From Alphaproteobacteria bacterium (GTDB lineage: Bacteria; Pseudomonadota; Alphaproteobacteria; MPNO01), in the NCBI GenBank assembly GCA_965248835.1, contig CBDFLJ010000001.1:320001-384000 (forward strand): DNA of 64,000 nt, written 5' to 3'. Under the pieces are notes generated by a model, which was given only the letters and a program-made list of their open reading frames with translations, was not told the origin of the DNA and ran no database searches. The position numbers and the translations under genes were made by a program. Positions 18,325 through 29,750 of this stretch are shown here, piece after piece. Positions within the stretch are counted from its first letter, which is position 1. Every line of letters starts with the position of its first letter.

Positions 18325-19446
18325 ATGAGCGCCGCGATTCCGCCCCGTCTGAGCAGCCCGATGTTCGGCCCGAACCGGTTCCGGCTCGGAGTCTTCGGGC
18401 TCAATTGCTCGGGCGGCTTGGCCGCAACGACGGTGCCGGAGCGATGGCGCGCAGGCTGGGACGAGAACCTGGTCGTCGGGCGGATGGCAGACGAAGCCGG
18501 CATCGATTTCCTGCTGCCGGTAGCCCGCTGGCGCGGCTGGGGCGGCGAGACCGATTTCCTGGGCGAGTCCCAGGAGACGATCACCTGGGCCTGCGGCCAT
18601 CTTGCCGCGACCAAACGGATCACCGTCTTCGGCACCGTGCACGCCCCGCTGGTTCATCCGATCTTCGCCGCCAAGCAGATGGTCACCGTCGATCACATCG
18701 GCCACGGACGGTTCGCGCTCAACATCGTCTGCGGCTGGAACCAGGACGAGTTCGACATGTTCGGCGTGGCCCAGCGCGCGCATGACGACCGCTATGCCTA
18801 CGGCCAGGAATGGTGGGACGTGGTCAGCCGGATATGGTCGAGCAGCGAGAGATTCGATTTCGACGGCGCCTATCTCAAGCTCAGGGGAGTCCTCGGCAAG
18901 CCGGGCCCGTTCGGCGGCACCCGTCCGGTGCTGATGAATGCCGGCGCATCGGCGGCGGGCCGCGCCTTCGGTGCACGCAACTGCGATTTCCTGTTCACCG
19001 TCATCGCCGACATCGAGCAGGGCGGCAAGGTCGTCGCCGCGATCAAGAAACAGGCGCGGGACATGGGCCGCGACGTGGACGTGCTGGCGACCAGCTACAT
19101 CGTCTGCCGGCCGACGACCAAGGAGGCCGAGGACTATCACCATCACTACGTCTACGAGCACGGCGACTGGCAGGCGGCGAACAATTTGCGGCTGCAGGCC
19201 TGGAACTACCAGCAGGGCCGCCCACCGGCCCTGCAGAAGGAGCTCATGTATCGCTATGCGGCCGGCCACGGCTCCTTCCCGATCATCGGGACGCCCGACC
19301 ACGTGGCCCGGACCATGCGGCGGATGGCCGAGGCGGGCTTCGCCGGCAGCACGATCGCCTTCGTCGACTATCCGAACGAGCTGCGATTTTTCTGCGACGA
19401 GGTGCTGCCCCGGCTCGAGCGCATTGGGCTCCGCCAGCCGGGTTGA
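18325..19446 (+). CDS. LLM-class flavin-dependent monooxygenase
   Basis: DFLLPVARWRGWGG, ETITWA, AAKQMVTVDHIGHGRFALNIVCGWNQDEF, MNAGASAAG. Confidence 0.92.
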   Translation: MSAAIPPRLSSPMFGPNRFRLGVFGLNCSGGLAATTVPERWRAGWDENLVVGRMADEAGIDFLLPVARWRGWGGETDFLGESQETITWACGHLAATKRITVFGTVHAPLVHPIFAAKQMVTVDHIGHGRFALNIVCGWNQDEFDMFGVAQRAHDDRYAYGQEWWDVVSRIWSSSERFDFDGAYLKLRGVLGKPGPFGGTRPVLMNAGASAAGRAFGARNCDFLFTVIADIEQGGKVVAAIKKQARDMGRDVDVLATSYIVCRPTTKEAEDYHHHYVYEHGDWQAANNLRLQAWNYQQGRPPALQKELMYRYAAGHGSFPIIGTPDHVARTMRRMAEAGFAGSTIAFVDYPNELRFFCDEVLPRLERIGLRQPG

Positions 19447-19516
19447 GCCCCGGCGGCGATGACGCCGGACGCCGCGGGGCGTCGAACGGGCACGGCGCCG
19501 GTTTGTTCGGCACTGC

Positions 19517-20617
19517 TCAGTCGCGGATATCCTGCAGGAACCAATCGGTCGGGATCTCCCGGCCCAGCCCCGCCTCGCGCGCCTTCGCGAGCACCAGCCC
19601 GCCGACCGCGGAGAACTGAAGGCCCTGGAAGCCGGTGTTCTGGTAGAAGGTTATGTCTTTCTCGCTCCGCCTGCCCGGCACCGCGCCGCTCACCAGATCG
19701 CAATAGGTCGGGTGCTGATCGCGGTAGATATCGCGCTCGCGCTTTGGCGGCAGCCGTTGGAGCTCCTCCTCGGTGCCGGCCAGCACCGCCATCGGACTGT
19801 GGCCGATGCCCGAGGTCATGCGCGCGCTTTCCGGCATCTGCATGCCGGGGACGCCTTGGCGGATGGTGACGTCGAACCTCTCCAGCGCCGCCTGGCTGAC
19901 CTCGTCGGGGCCGAGGTTGGTGACATGCATGCCGGGCTCCAGCCAGCCGGCTTCGAAGGTGGGCTCCATGCTGTCGGTCGCGGTTGCCAGGATATCGGCG
20001 CCGCGGACCGCGTCGCGCGCCGCGCCGACGGCGGTCACCCGGACACCTAGGCGCCCGGCCATTTCCTCGGCGTAGCGCTCGCGGTTGGCGCTGGTCGGGC
20101 TGAAAACCCACACCTCGGCGATCTCGCGCACCGCGCAGATCGCCTCCAGATAGGTCCGGGCCATCCCGCCGGAGCCGAGCAGACCGACAATGCGGGCATC
20201 GGCGCGCGCCAGATGCTTGACGCCGATCCCGGCGCCGCCGCCGACCCGCATGTGCTGGAGGTGGCCGTCCTTGATGATCGCCAGCGGCGCGCCGTTCAAG
20301 GCGCTGAACAGGAGGATCAGCCCGCAATAGGTGCCGGGCTCGACGCAGTACTTGTCTTCCGTCCACCGGCCGGAGGCATCGCGCGGCCAGGTGATGATGT
20401 CGGACTTCATGCGGATGGCGAAAATACCGTCGTTATAGCCTTCCATCGTGCCCCAGCGGTAATACCCGTCCTCGCGCTCGCACGGCGCGTACATGTCGAT
20501 CCGCGCCCTGAACGCGGCGCCGCCGTCGGGGATCCGGCGGAATGCGGCCTCCTGGGCCTGGATGCACTCGCGCATCGTCAGGACCTCGGCAACCACGGGG
20601 TTGTCGATAAGGAGCAT
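19517..20617 (-). CDS. Ornithine cyclodeaminase/mu-crystallin family protein
   Basis: RVGGGAGIG, GLLGSGGMAR, ADILATATDS, WLEPGMHV, G.GLQFSAVG. Confidence 0.88.
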   Translation of the reverse strand: MLLIDNPVVAEVLTMRECIQAQEAAFRRIPDGGAAFRARIDMYAPCEREDGYYRWGTMEGYNDGIFAIRMKSDIITWPRDASGRWTEDKYCVEPGTYCGLILLFSALNGAPLAIIKDGHLQHMRVGGGAGIGVKHLARADARIVGLLGSGGMARTYLEAICAVREIAEVWVFSPTSANRERYAEEMAGRLGVRVTAVGAARDAVRGADILATATDSMEPTFEAGWLEPGMHVTNLGPDEVSQAALERFDVTIRQGVPGMQMPESARMTSGIGHSPMAVLAGTEEELQRLPPKRERDIYRDQHPTYCDLVSGAVPGRRSEKDITFYQNTGFQGLQFSAVGGLVLAKAREAGLGREIPTDWFLQDIRD

Positions 20618-20728
20618 GAGCGTTTTCCACTTCGTTACCAACGCGTTGTAAAACGGTCTTTGGTTCGATTCCTGCCGCCGTTGGGTGACGCGCAACAGCC
20701 CGGGGCGGCAGCGAATGTCGGGGACAGG

Positions 20729-20963
20729 ATGGACCAGATCGGCGTCTTTGCCGAGAGCGGGTTTGCCGTCGTTCCGAGGTTGCCGAGCTGGCCGCCGCGT
20801 TCGGGCTGGATCCGGCGATGCGCAAGGATCTTCTGCGTGAGCCCGGCGATACGGCTCCGGGCCGAACACGTCATCGATCGACCGGCTTTTCTGCCTCAAC
20901 GGCTATGGGACGGCGGCGAACCGCGGCCGCAGCGAATGGGCATTTCGCAGCGGCGGCCCGGGC
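20729..20963 (+). pseudogene. Heavily deleted remnant of a phytanoyl-CoA dioxygenase (PhyH) family gene
   Basis: Colinear fragments in shifting frames: MDQIGVFAESGFAVVP / EVAELAAAF / GLDPAMRKDLLREPGD / GSGPNTSSIDRLFCLNGYGTAANRGRSEWAFRSG. Confidence 0.6.
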
Positions 20964-20981
20964 GAGCGGATGCGTCTTGGC

Positions 20982-22391
20982 TCAGACGCTGTAGTACATG
21001 GCGAATTCGATGGGGTGCGGTGTGTACTCGAAGGCTTGGATTTCCTCGCGCCTGAGATCGAGGTAGCCGTCGATCAGGTCGTCGGAGAACACGTCGCCGC
21101 GCTTGAGGAACCCCCGGTCGGCATCGACCGCCTCGACCGCCTCGCGCAGCGATTGGCAGACCGTCGGGATGTCCTTGAGCTCCTCCGCCGGCAGGTCGTA
21201 GAGGTTCTTGTCCATCGGGTCGCCCGGATGGATCTTGTTCTCCACCCCGTCGAGACCGGCCATCAGCATGGCGGCGAACGCCAGATAGGGGTTCGCCGAG
21301 GGGTCGGGGAAGCGGACCTCCACCCGCTTGCCGTTGGGGCTGGAGGCGAACGGGATGCGGCACGCCGCCGAGCGGTTGCGCGCCGAGTAGGCCAGCAGCA
21401 CCGGCGCCTCGAAGCCCGGCACCAGGCGCTTGTAGCTGTTGGTCGTCGGGTTCGAGAAGGCGTTGATCGCCTTGGCGTGCTTGATGATCCCGCCGATATA
21501 GTGCAGCGCCGTCTCCGACAGATCGGCATAGCCCGAGCCGGCGAAGATCGGCCTGCCGTCCTTCCAGATCGACTGGTGGACATGCATGCCCGAACCGTTG
21601 TCGTCGATCACCGGCTTGGGCATGAAGGTGGCGGTCTTGCCGTAGGAATGGGCGACCGACTGGACGACGTATTTGTAGATCTGCACCTGATCGGCGGTCT
21701 GCAGCAGATCGCCGCCGCGCATGCCCAGCTCGTTCTGGCTGGGCGCGACCTCGTGATGGTGCTTCTCGATGGCCACCCCCATCTCGCCCATCACGGTGAG
21801 CATCTCGGCCCGCAGATCGGCCAGCGAGTCGACCGGCGGGACCGGGAAGTAGCCGCCCTTGACGGCCGGCCTGTGGCCGACATTGCCGCCGTCGAAGCCG
21901 CGCCCGGTGTTGTAGGGGCCTTCCTCCTCGTCGATCGCGTAGAAGGTGTGGTTCATCGACACGTCGAAGCGGACGTCGTCGAAGACGAAGAACTCCAGCT
22001 CGGGGCCGAACATCGTGGCGTCGCCGACCCCGGTCTGATTGAGATAGGCCTGGGCGAGCTTGGCCGTCGAGCGCGGGTCGCGCGAATAGGGCTGGCCGGT
22101 GGTCGGCTCGAGCACGTCGCAGAACAGGATCAGCGAGGTCTGGGCGGAAAACGGATCGAGCACCGCGGTGGCGGGATCGGGCATCAGGCACATGTCGGAT
22201 TCCGAGATGTCCTTCCAGCCGGCGATCGAGGAGCCGTCGAACATGATGCCCGAGGCGATCATGTCCTCATCGACGGTGCGCACCGCCTGGGCGGTGTGCT
22301 GCCACTTGCCGCGCGGGTCGGTGAAGCGGAAATCGACGTACTTGACGTCGTGCTCCTTGATCATCTGCAGGATCTTCGAGGCATCGGACAT
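20982..22391 (-). CDS. glnA: Glutamine synthetase type I
   Basis: [45 protein letters not shown], adenylylation motif NLYDLP. Confidence 0.98.
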   Translation of the reverse strand: MSDASKILQMIKEHDVKYVDFRFTDPRGKWQHTAQAVRTVDEDMIASGIMFDGSSIAGWKDISESDMCLMPDPATAVLDPFSAQTSLILFCDVLEPTTGQPYSRDPRSTAKLAQAYLNQTGVGDATMFGPELEFFVFDDVRFDVSMNHTFYAIDEEEGPYNTGRGFDGGNVGHRPAVKGGYFPVPPVDSLADLRAEMLTVMGEMGVAIEKHHHEVAPSQNELGMRGGDLLQTADQVQIYKYVVQSVAHSYGKTATFMPKPVIDDNGSGMHVHQSIWKDGRPIFAGSGYADLSETALHYIGGIIKHAKAINAFSNPTTNSYKRLVPGFEAPVLLAYSARNRSAACRIPFASSPNGKRVEVRFPDPSANPYLAFAAMLMAGLDGVENKIHPGDPMDKNLYDLPAEELKDIPTVCQSLREAVEAVDADRGFLKRGDVFSDDLIDGYLDLRREEIQAFEYTPHPIEFAMYYSV

Positions 22392-22482
22392 CGCGGGCGC
22401 TCCTCACACAATCACGGGTGGGATCTGACGGCGGTGCAATAAGGCGCGATCACAGCGCGTCCGCGCCGGTCTCGCGGAAACG

Positions 22483-22497
22483 GCAACGAGCATTCCG
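22483..22497 (-). promoter_or_regulatory. Candidate sigma54 promoter for glnA
   Basis: Minus strand CGGAATGCTCGTTGC: GG-N10-GC with TTGC at -12, about 90 nt upstream of the glnA start. Confidence 0.45.
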
Positions 22498-22636
22498 GAG
22501 AACAGAACAGTCGTCAGTTTACTAAGCACACGCACCACGCCTTGGTCCTTCATGTTCGATGTCGCACTGACAATGACCGCTCGGCGCTTCAGGGATCGTA
22601 TGTCGGCAAAGCTATGGCTCAAGATCGTCTCGGTCT

Positions 22637-22676
22637 GCTGCTAATTTTTCAGCGAAGCGATGCAAAAATTCGAACG
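22637..22676. promoter_or_regulatory. Candidate enhancer (NtrC-like) sites
   Basis: GC-flanked A/T-cored motifs TGCTAATTTTTCAGCG and TGCAAAAATTCG between two divergent sigma54-like boxes; imperfect match to consensus. Confidence 0.3.
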
Positions 22677-22746
22677 GTCCGAGCTTAGAGGCCGGCGTCC
22701 GCATCCGCCGCGCAGGCTAACGAAGCCGGGCCGGCCGGGGAACGAC

Positions 22747-22761
22747 GGGCTCGCGGCTTGC
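22747..22761 (+). promoter_or_regulatory. Candidate sigma54 promoter for the cupin-hydrolase pair
   Basis: GGGCTCGCGGCTTGC versus consensus TGGCACG-N4-TTGC. Confidence 0.45.
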
Positions 22762-22838
22762 GGCCCACGATACGAGTCACTTGGATTTCCCCGCAATCGC
22801 GGTACAGTCGGGCCATGAACCGCCAAACGGGAGAGACG

Positions 22839-23339
22839 ATGATGAACCGGAGCGAGAACGCACGCGGCCGCTGTGTCGTGGTTCAGCCGGGCGAAGGGAA
22901 ATCCTTCTGGCAGCCGGTGCCGGCCAACGGCCATGCCGATCCGACGCTGGTGCCGGGCGATACCGGCTTCGACGGCGTGTCGATGGGCTTCCAGACCATC
23001 GATCCGGGCTGCCGGGTGCGCGAGCATTCCCACCCCGATCAGATCGAGCTGCAGATCTGCTTCAAGGGCTCAGGCACCGTCAGGCTCGACGGCGAGCCGC
23101 ATCCGGTCTCGCCGGGCACGGCCTGCTTCCTGGGCTATGACGTCAAGCACGAGATCATCAACGACACCGACGACGAGCTGGTGATGATGTGGGTGATCGC
23201 GCCGGGCGGACTAGAGGAATTCTTCGAGACCGTCGGCCGGCCGCGCGCCGAGGGCGAGCCGGCGCCCGAGCCGTTCGCGAGGCCCGCCGATGTCCTCAGC
23301 ATCGAGCGCAGCCATGGCATGAACGACACCGTCGCCTGA
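22839..23339 (+). CDS. Cupin domain protein
   Basis: EHSHPDQIE...GSG and downstream KHEIIN metal-binding cupin motifs. Confidence 0.88.
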   Translation: MMNRSENARGRCVVVQPGEGKSFWQPVPANGHADPTLVPGDTGFDGVSMGFQTIDPGCRVREHSHPDQIELQICFKGSGTVRLDGEPHPVSPGTACFLGYDVKHEIINDTDDELVMMWVIAPGGLEEFFETVGRPRAEGEPAPEPFARPADVLSIERSHGMNDTVA

Positions 23340-23361
23340 ATTTCGCAAAGGGAGTGCCGGG

Positions 23362-24162
23362 ATGCCAAAAGCCGATATCGGCGACGCCGAGATCTACTAT
23401 GAGAGTTCAGGCGACGGCCCGCCGCTGATGCTGGTTCCCGGGCTCGGCGGAGGCGGAGCGTTTTGGAGCAATCAGGTCGAAGCCTTCCGTGAGCACTTCC
23501 GGGTGATCATCCACGATCACCGCGGCGCCGGACAGAGCACGCACTCGCGGATCACCTATTCGGTCGATCAGATGGCCGCCGACACGCTCAAGCTGATGGA
23601 TGCGCTGGACATCGCGGCGGCCCATTACGTTGGCCATTCGACCGGCGGGGCGATCGGCCAGACCATCGCCCAGGACGCGGGCGACAGGCTCAAATCGATG
23701 GTGCTCTCGGCTACATGGCCGGGGCAGGACGCCTATTTCAACCGCTGCTTCTACGTCCGCAAGCTGGCGCTGGAGAAGGGCGGCGTGCTCGACTACGCCA
23801 AGACCTCGTCGATCGCGCTGTTGCCGCCATGGTGGATCGCCGAGAACGATGAGGAGCTTACCCGTCAGAACGAGGCGCAAGCCGCCGACCATCCGCCGAT
23901 CGAGGTGATGGCCAGCCGGATCGATGCGATCACGGCCTTTGACCGGCGCGCGCGAATGGGCGAGATCAGCGTACCCACGATGGTCATCGTCGCGCGCGAC
24001 GACGTGGTCACCCCGATCCACCAGTCCGACGAGCTGGCCGCCGGCATCGCCAACGCGCGCTATACGGTGCTGGAACGCGGCGGCCACTTCGTGCCGATCG
24101 TCCTGCCGGAGGCCTACAACCCGCCGGTGCTCGAATTCCTGCTCGAACACCGCGACCGCTGA
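23362..24162 (+). CDS. Alpha/beta hydrolase, RutD (aminoacrylate hydrolase)-like
   Basis: GLGGGGAFW, HDHRGAGQS, GHSTGG, YFNRCF.VR, GGHF. Confidence 0.78.
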   Translation: MPKADIGDAEIYYESSGDGPPLMLVPGLGGGGAFWSNQVEAFREHFRVIIHDHRGAGQSTHSRITYSVDQMAADTLKLMDALDIAAAHYVGHSTGGAIGQTIAQDAGDRLKSMVLSATWPGQDAYFNRCFYVRKLALEKGGVLDYAKTSSIALLPPWWIAENDEELTRQNEAQAADHPPIEVMASRIDAITAFDRRARMGEISVPTMVIVARDDVVTPIHQSDELAAGIANARYTVLERGGHFVPIVLPEAYNPPVLEFLLEHRDR

Positions 24163-24229
24163 AGACCGCCCGTCGGTCGCCCGGGACCGGCGCCGCGCCC
24201 GGGGTCCCGGTCGCCGCGAGTCGCGGCCG

Positions 24230-25165
24230 GTGAACAGAATCGGGGTCATCGGCGCCGGCGCCTGGGGGACCGCATTGGCGATCGTCGCCCGGCGCGCCGG
24301 ACGCGCGGTGGTGCTGTGGGGCCGCGGTTCCGCACGGCGCGCGTCGGTCGAGCCGGATCTGGAGATCGAGGCCACCGCCGATCTTGCCCGGGCGGCACGC
24401 TGCGATGCGGTGCTGCTGGTGGTGCCGGCGCAGGCCGTTCGCGAGGTCTCGGGCGCGCTCCGCCCGCTGGTCGCCCCGGACGTGCCGGTGGTGGTGTGCG
24501 CCAAGGGGATCGAGCGCGGCACGCAGATGACAATGAGCGAGGTGGTCGCCGAAGCCCTGCCCGGCCGGCCGGTAGCGATCCTTTCCGGCCCGACCTTTGC
24601 CGGCGAGGTGGCGCGCGGCCTGCCGAGTGCGGCCACGCTGGCCTGCCGCGAGGCAGCGGTCGCCGAGGCGTTGGCCGTTGCTCTCCGCTCGTCGTCTTTC
24701 CGTCCCTATCACAGCACCGACGTGACCGGCGTCGAGCTCGGCGGCGCGATCAAGAACGTGCTGGCCATCGCCTGCGGCATCACCCAGGGGCGCGGCCTGG
24801 GCGAGAACGCGCGCGCGGCGCTGATCACCCGCGGCCTGGCCGAGATGACCCGCCTTGCGCTGGCGCGCGGCGCGCGCGCGGAAACCATGATGGGGCTGTC
24901 CGGTCTCGGCGACCTGATGCTGACCTGCGCCAGCGCGACCTCGCGCAACTACGCCGCCGGGCTTGCGCTCGGCCGCAGCGAATTCCTGCCCGACGGCATC
25001 GTGGTCGAGGGCGTGCCGACCGCTGCCGCCCTGGCGGTGTTGGCCAGCCGCCACGGGGTCGAGATGCCGATCTGCGCCGCGGTGGATGCGATCCTCAACC
25101 GGGGCGCGGACATCGATGCGGTGATCGCCGGACTGCTGGCCCGCCCGTTGCGCGCCGAGGCGTGA
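24230..25165 (+). CDS. gpsA: NAD(P)H-dependent glycerol-3-phosphate dehydrogenase
   Basis: GAGAWGTALA, CAKGIE, SGPTFAGEV, GGAIKNVLAIACG, GLSGLGDL.LTC, SRN. Confidence 0.93.
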   Translation: MNRIGVIGAGAWGTALAIVARRAGRAVVLWGRGSARRASVEPDLEIEATADLARAARCDAVLLVVPAQAVREVSGALRPLVAPDVPVVVCAKGIERGTQMTMSEVVAEALPGRPVAILSGPTFAGEVARGLPSAATLACREAAVAEALAVALRSSSFRPYHSTDVTGVELGGAIKNVLAIACGITQGRGLGENARAALITRGLAEMTRLALARGARAETMMGLSGLGDLMLTCASATSRNYAAGLALGRSEFLPDGIVVEGVPTAAALAVLASRHGVEMPICAAVDAILNRGADIDAVIAGLLARPLRAEA

Positions 25166-25210
25166 TCGATCGGGCGCTGCCGTGCTACAAGCGGCAAGCG
25201 GAGGTGCGCG

Positions 25211-25624
25211 ATGCAATACTGGCTGTTCAAATCCGAGCCCGGGGCGTGGTCGTGGGACGATCAGGTCAAGGCGGGGACCGCGGAATGGGACGGAATCCGC
25301 AACTACCAGGCCGACAACAACATGAAGGAGATGAAGAAGGGCGACCGCGCGTTCTTCTATCACTCCGTCCAACCGCGCGAGATCGTCGGCGTGGTCGAGG
25401 TGGTCAAGGAGCATTATCCTGACCCGACCGACCCCAAGGGCCGGTTCGGCATGGTCGACGTCAAGGCGCTGATGCCGGTGAAGTCACCGGTGACGCTGGC
25501 CGACATCAAGGCGGAGCCGGCGCTGTCGGGGATGTGGCTGGTGCGCCAATCGCGGCTTTCGGTCACCCCGGTCACCAAGGACGAATGGACGCTGTTGTGC
25601 AAGATGGCGGGGATCAGGGCCTGA
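25211..25624 (+). CDS. EVE domain protein
   Basis: YWLFKSEP, WDGIRNYQA, FFYHS, QSRLSV.PV. Confidence 0.95.
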   Translation: MQYWLFKSEPGAWSWDDQVKAGTAEWDGIRNYQADNNMKEMKKGDRAFFYHSVQPREIVGVVEVVKEHYPDPTDPKGRFGMVDVKALMPVKSPVTLADIKAEPALSGMWLVRQSRLSVTPVTKDEWTLLCKMAGIRA

Positions 25625-25944
25625 CCGGCACCGTTCTGTGCCGCCTCGATGATATCCCCGATCCCGGCGGCAAGGGCTTCGCGCCGCCTGACCGGTCGCG
25701 GTTTTTCGTGGTCCGGGTCGGCGGCGCCGTGTGGGGCTACGTCAATTCGTGCCCGCACCAGGGCGTCAACCTCGACTGGAACCCCGACCGCTTCCTCACT
25801 TACGACAAGCACCTCATCCAGTGCGCCACCCACGGCGCGCGCTTCGTCATTGAGACCGGCCGCTGCATCGCCGGCCCGTGCCGCGGGCGGGCGCTGACCC
25901 CAGTAGCCGTCCGCATCGTCAACGGCGCGGTGGTGCTGGCCTGA
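25621..25944 (+). CDS. Rieske [2Fe-2S] ferredoxin (NirD-like), probable CTG start
   Basis: CPH...CATHGARF, CIAGPC.G; N-terminal LCRLDDIPD. Confidence 0.88.
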   Translation: MTGTVLCRLDDIPDPGGKGFAPPDRSRFFVVRVGGAVWGYVNSCPHQGVNLDWNPDRFLTYDKHLIQCATHGARFVIETGRCIAGPCRGRALTPVAVRIVNGAVVLA

Positions 25945-26064
25945 GCCCGCCGGGGCGGCTCACCGCTGCCCGTCTTCTTGTCTCGTTCAGGGATCGCCGA
26001 CATAATCGCCGGCCTGCAGGTCGGGCTTGTTCGACGGCCCGAAGGGAATGGGGGAATCCTGGAC

Positions 26065-28005
<1,941 letters not shown>

Positions 28006-28049
28006 GACGGCCCGGCGGATCGTCCGCCGCCGGCCCGCCGCTGGACGCA

Positions 28050-28208
28050 TCAAAAATCGATGCAGCGGCCATTCTTTTCCCAGTCGCCGAAACGCGTCGG
28101 GTCCGGCCCCTTGCGCCCGCCGATCTCGGCGACCGGGGCGGACGCGGGCTCGGCAGGTTTGGGATCCTCCTCGCCCGGAACGGGGTTCTTGCGCTCGTTT
28201 TCTGCCAT
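28050..28208 (-). CDS. DUF1674 / SdhAF4-like small protein
   Basis: C-terminal EIGGRKGPDPTRFGDWEKNGRCIDF signature. Confidence 0.9.
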   Translation of the reverse strand: MAENERKNPVPGEEDPKPAEPASAPVAEIGGRKGPDPTRFGDWEKNGRCIDF

Positions 28209-28287
28209 GACCGGACTATAGCGCCGGGAGGGCGGATTCCAAGGGCTTGACCGCCCGGCGTCCCGCGCCGCATCTAGACGTGGATGG

Positions 28288-29655
28288 ATGGATGGGCGCG
28301 ATGAGACCGATCCCGGCCCAAAGGCTGTGGGGGCGGCGATAGCCTCGACCGGAAGCCCGCCCGCGGGCGCGCGCACCATTGCCCATGGGCTGCTCGATGC
28401 CGTCCTGGTCCACGGCCGGGCGCTCGAGGAGGCGCTGGCGGCCTCGACGCCGTTTGCCGCGTTGGCCACGCGGGACCGTGCGTTCTGCCGGCTGCTCGTG
28501 GCCACGACGCTGCGCCGCCTGGGCCAGATCGACGACCTGATCGGGACCTGCCTGGACCACCCGTTGCCGCGCCACGCCATTGCGGTCCGAAACGCGCTCA
28601 GGCTCGGCGCAGTGCAGATCGTCTTCCTCGGCACGCCATCGCACGCCGCGGTAAACGAGACGGTGGCGCTGGTGCGCGGCCGGCGCCTGGCGCGCTTTCG
28701 CGGCCTGGTGAACGCGGTGCTGCGGCGTTTCACCCGTGAGGGCGCGGCGCGCCGGGAGACCCACGACGAAGCGCGCGTGAACACCCCGGGCTGGCTGTGG
28801 CAAAGCTGGGCCGGGGCCTACGGCGAGGCGACCGCCCGCGCGATCGCGGGCGTCCACCTGGCGGAGCCGCCGATGGACATCACCGTAAAGGACGGCGCCG
28901 AGCCCTGGGCGGCGAGGCTCGATGCGCGCGTGCTGCCGACCGGCTCTCTCAGGCGCGCGGCCGCGCCGGTCGCCGGGTTGCCGGGCTTCGCGGCCGGCGC
29001 GTGGTGGGTCCAGGACATGGCGGCCGCCCTGCCCGCGCGTGTCCTGATGGCCGGTCTCGCAGGACCTGCCGGCGAATGGCGAATCGCCGATCTGTGCGCG
29101 GCCCCGGGCGGCAAGACCGCCCAACTCGCCGCCGCGGGCGCCCGGGTGAGCGCGCTCGACATCTCGGCCTCGCGGCTCGCGCGTGTTGCGCAGAACCTTG
29201 CCCGGCTGGGCCTGGCCGCCGAGCTGGTCGAGGCAGATCTGCATCGCTGGACGTCGGCGGAAGGCTTCGACGGGTTGCTGCTCGATGCGCCCTGCAGCGG
29301 AACGGGGACCATTCGGCGCCACCCGGATATCGCCCGCAACAAGACGCCCGGCGACGTCGCCCGGCTGGCCGGGCTGCAACGGTCTCTGCTCGAGGCCGCG
29401 GCGCGGCACCTCCGCCCCGGCGGCCGGTTGGTCTACAGCGTCTGCTCGCTGCAGCCGGAGGAATGCGCGAGCGTGGTCGACGGCTTCCTGGCGCAAGATC
29501 GCCGGTTCGCCCGCCTCGCCCTCGGCCCCGGCGAAATCGCCGGTACGGAGGCCTTCGTCACACCGGTCGGGGACATCCGCACCCTACCCTGCCACCTGGC
29601 CGAGCACGGCGGACTCGACGGATTCTACATTTGCCGGCTGCAGCGCTTGACATGA
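28288..29655 (+). CDS. rsmB: RsmB/NOP m5C rRNA methyltransferase with NusB-like N-terminus
   Basis: DLCAAPGGKT, LDAPCSGTG..RRHPD, YSVCSL. Confidence 0.92.
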   Translation: MDGRDETDPGPKAVGAAIASTGSPPAGARTIAHGLLDAVLVHGRALEEALAASTPFAALATRDRAFCRLLVATTLRRLGQIDDLIGTCLDHPLPRHAIAVRNALRLGAVQIVFLGTPSHAAVNETVALVRGRRLARFRGLVNAVLRRFTREGAARRETHDEARVNTPGWLWQSWAGAYGEATARAIAGVHLAEPPMDITVKDGAEPWAARLDARVLPTGSLRRAAAPVAGLPGFAAGAWWVQDMAAALPARVLMAGLAGPAGEWRIADLCAAPGGKTAQLAAAGARVSALDISASRLARVAQNLARLGLAAELVEADLHRWTSAEGFDGLLLDAPCSGTGTIRRHPDIARNKTPGDVARLAGLQRSLLEAAARHLRPGGRLVYSVCSLQPEECASVVDGFLAQDRRFARLALGPGEIAGTEAFVTPVGDIRTLPCHLAEHGGLDGFYICRLQRLT

Positions 29656-29750
29656 CGGCCAAGTTCTTTCAACCAACCTCGTTGCCCGCCCATGTATGCG
29701 AATTGGCAACGCGGGCCTGCCTCCCCATGACGGCTTAGCGATAATTCCGG

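Noticed and set aside
20640-20690. tRNA-like GGTTCGATTCC
   Set aside because: No T-stem, acceptor stem or cloverleaf could be built around it.
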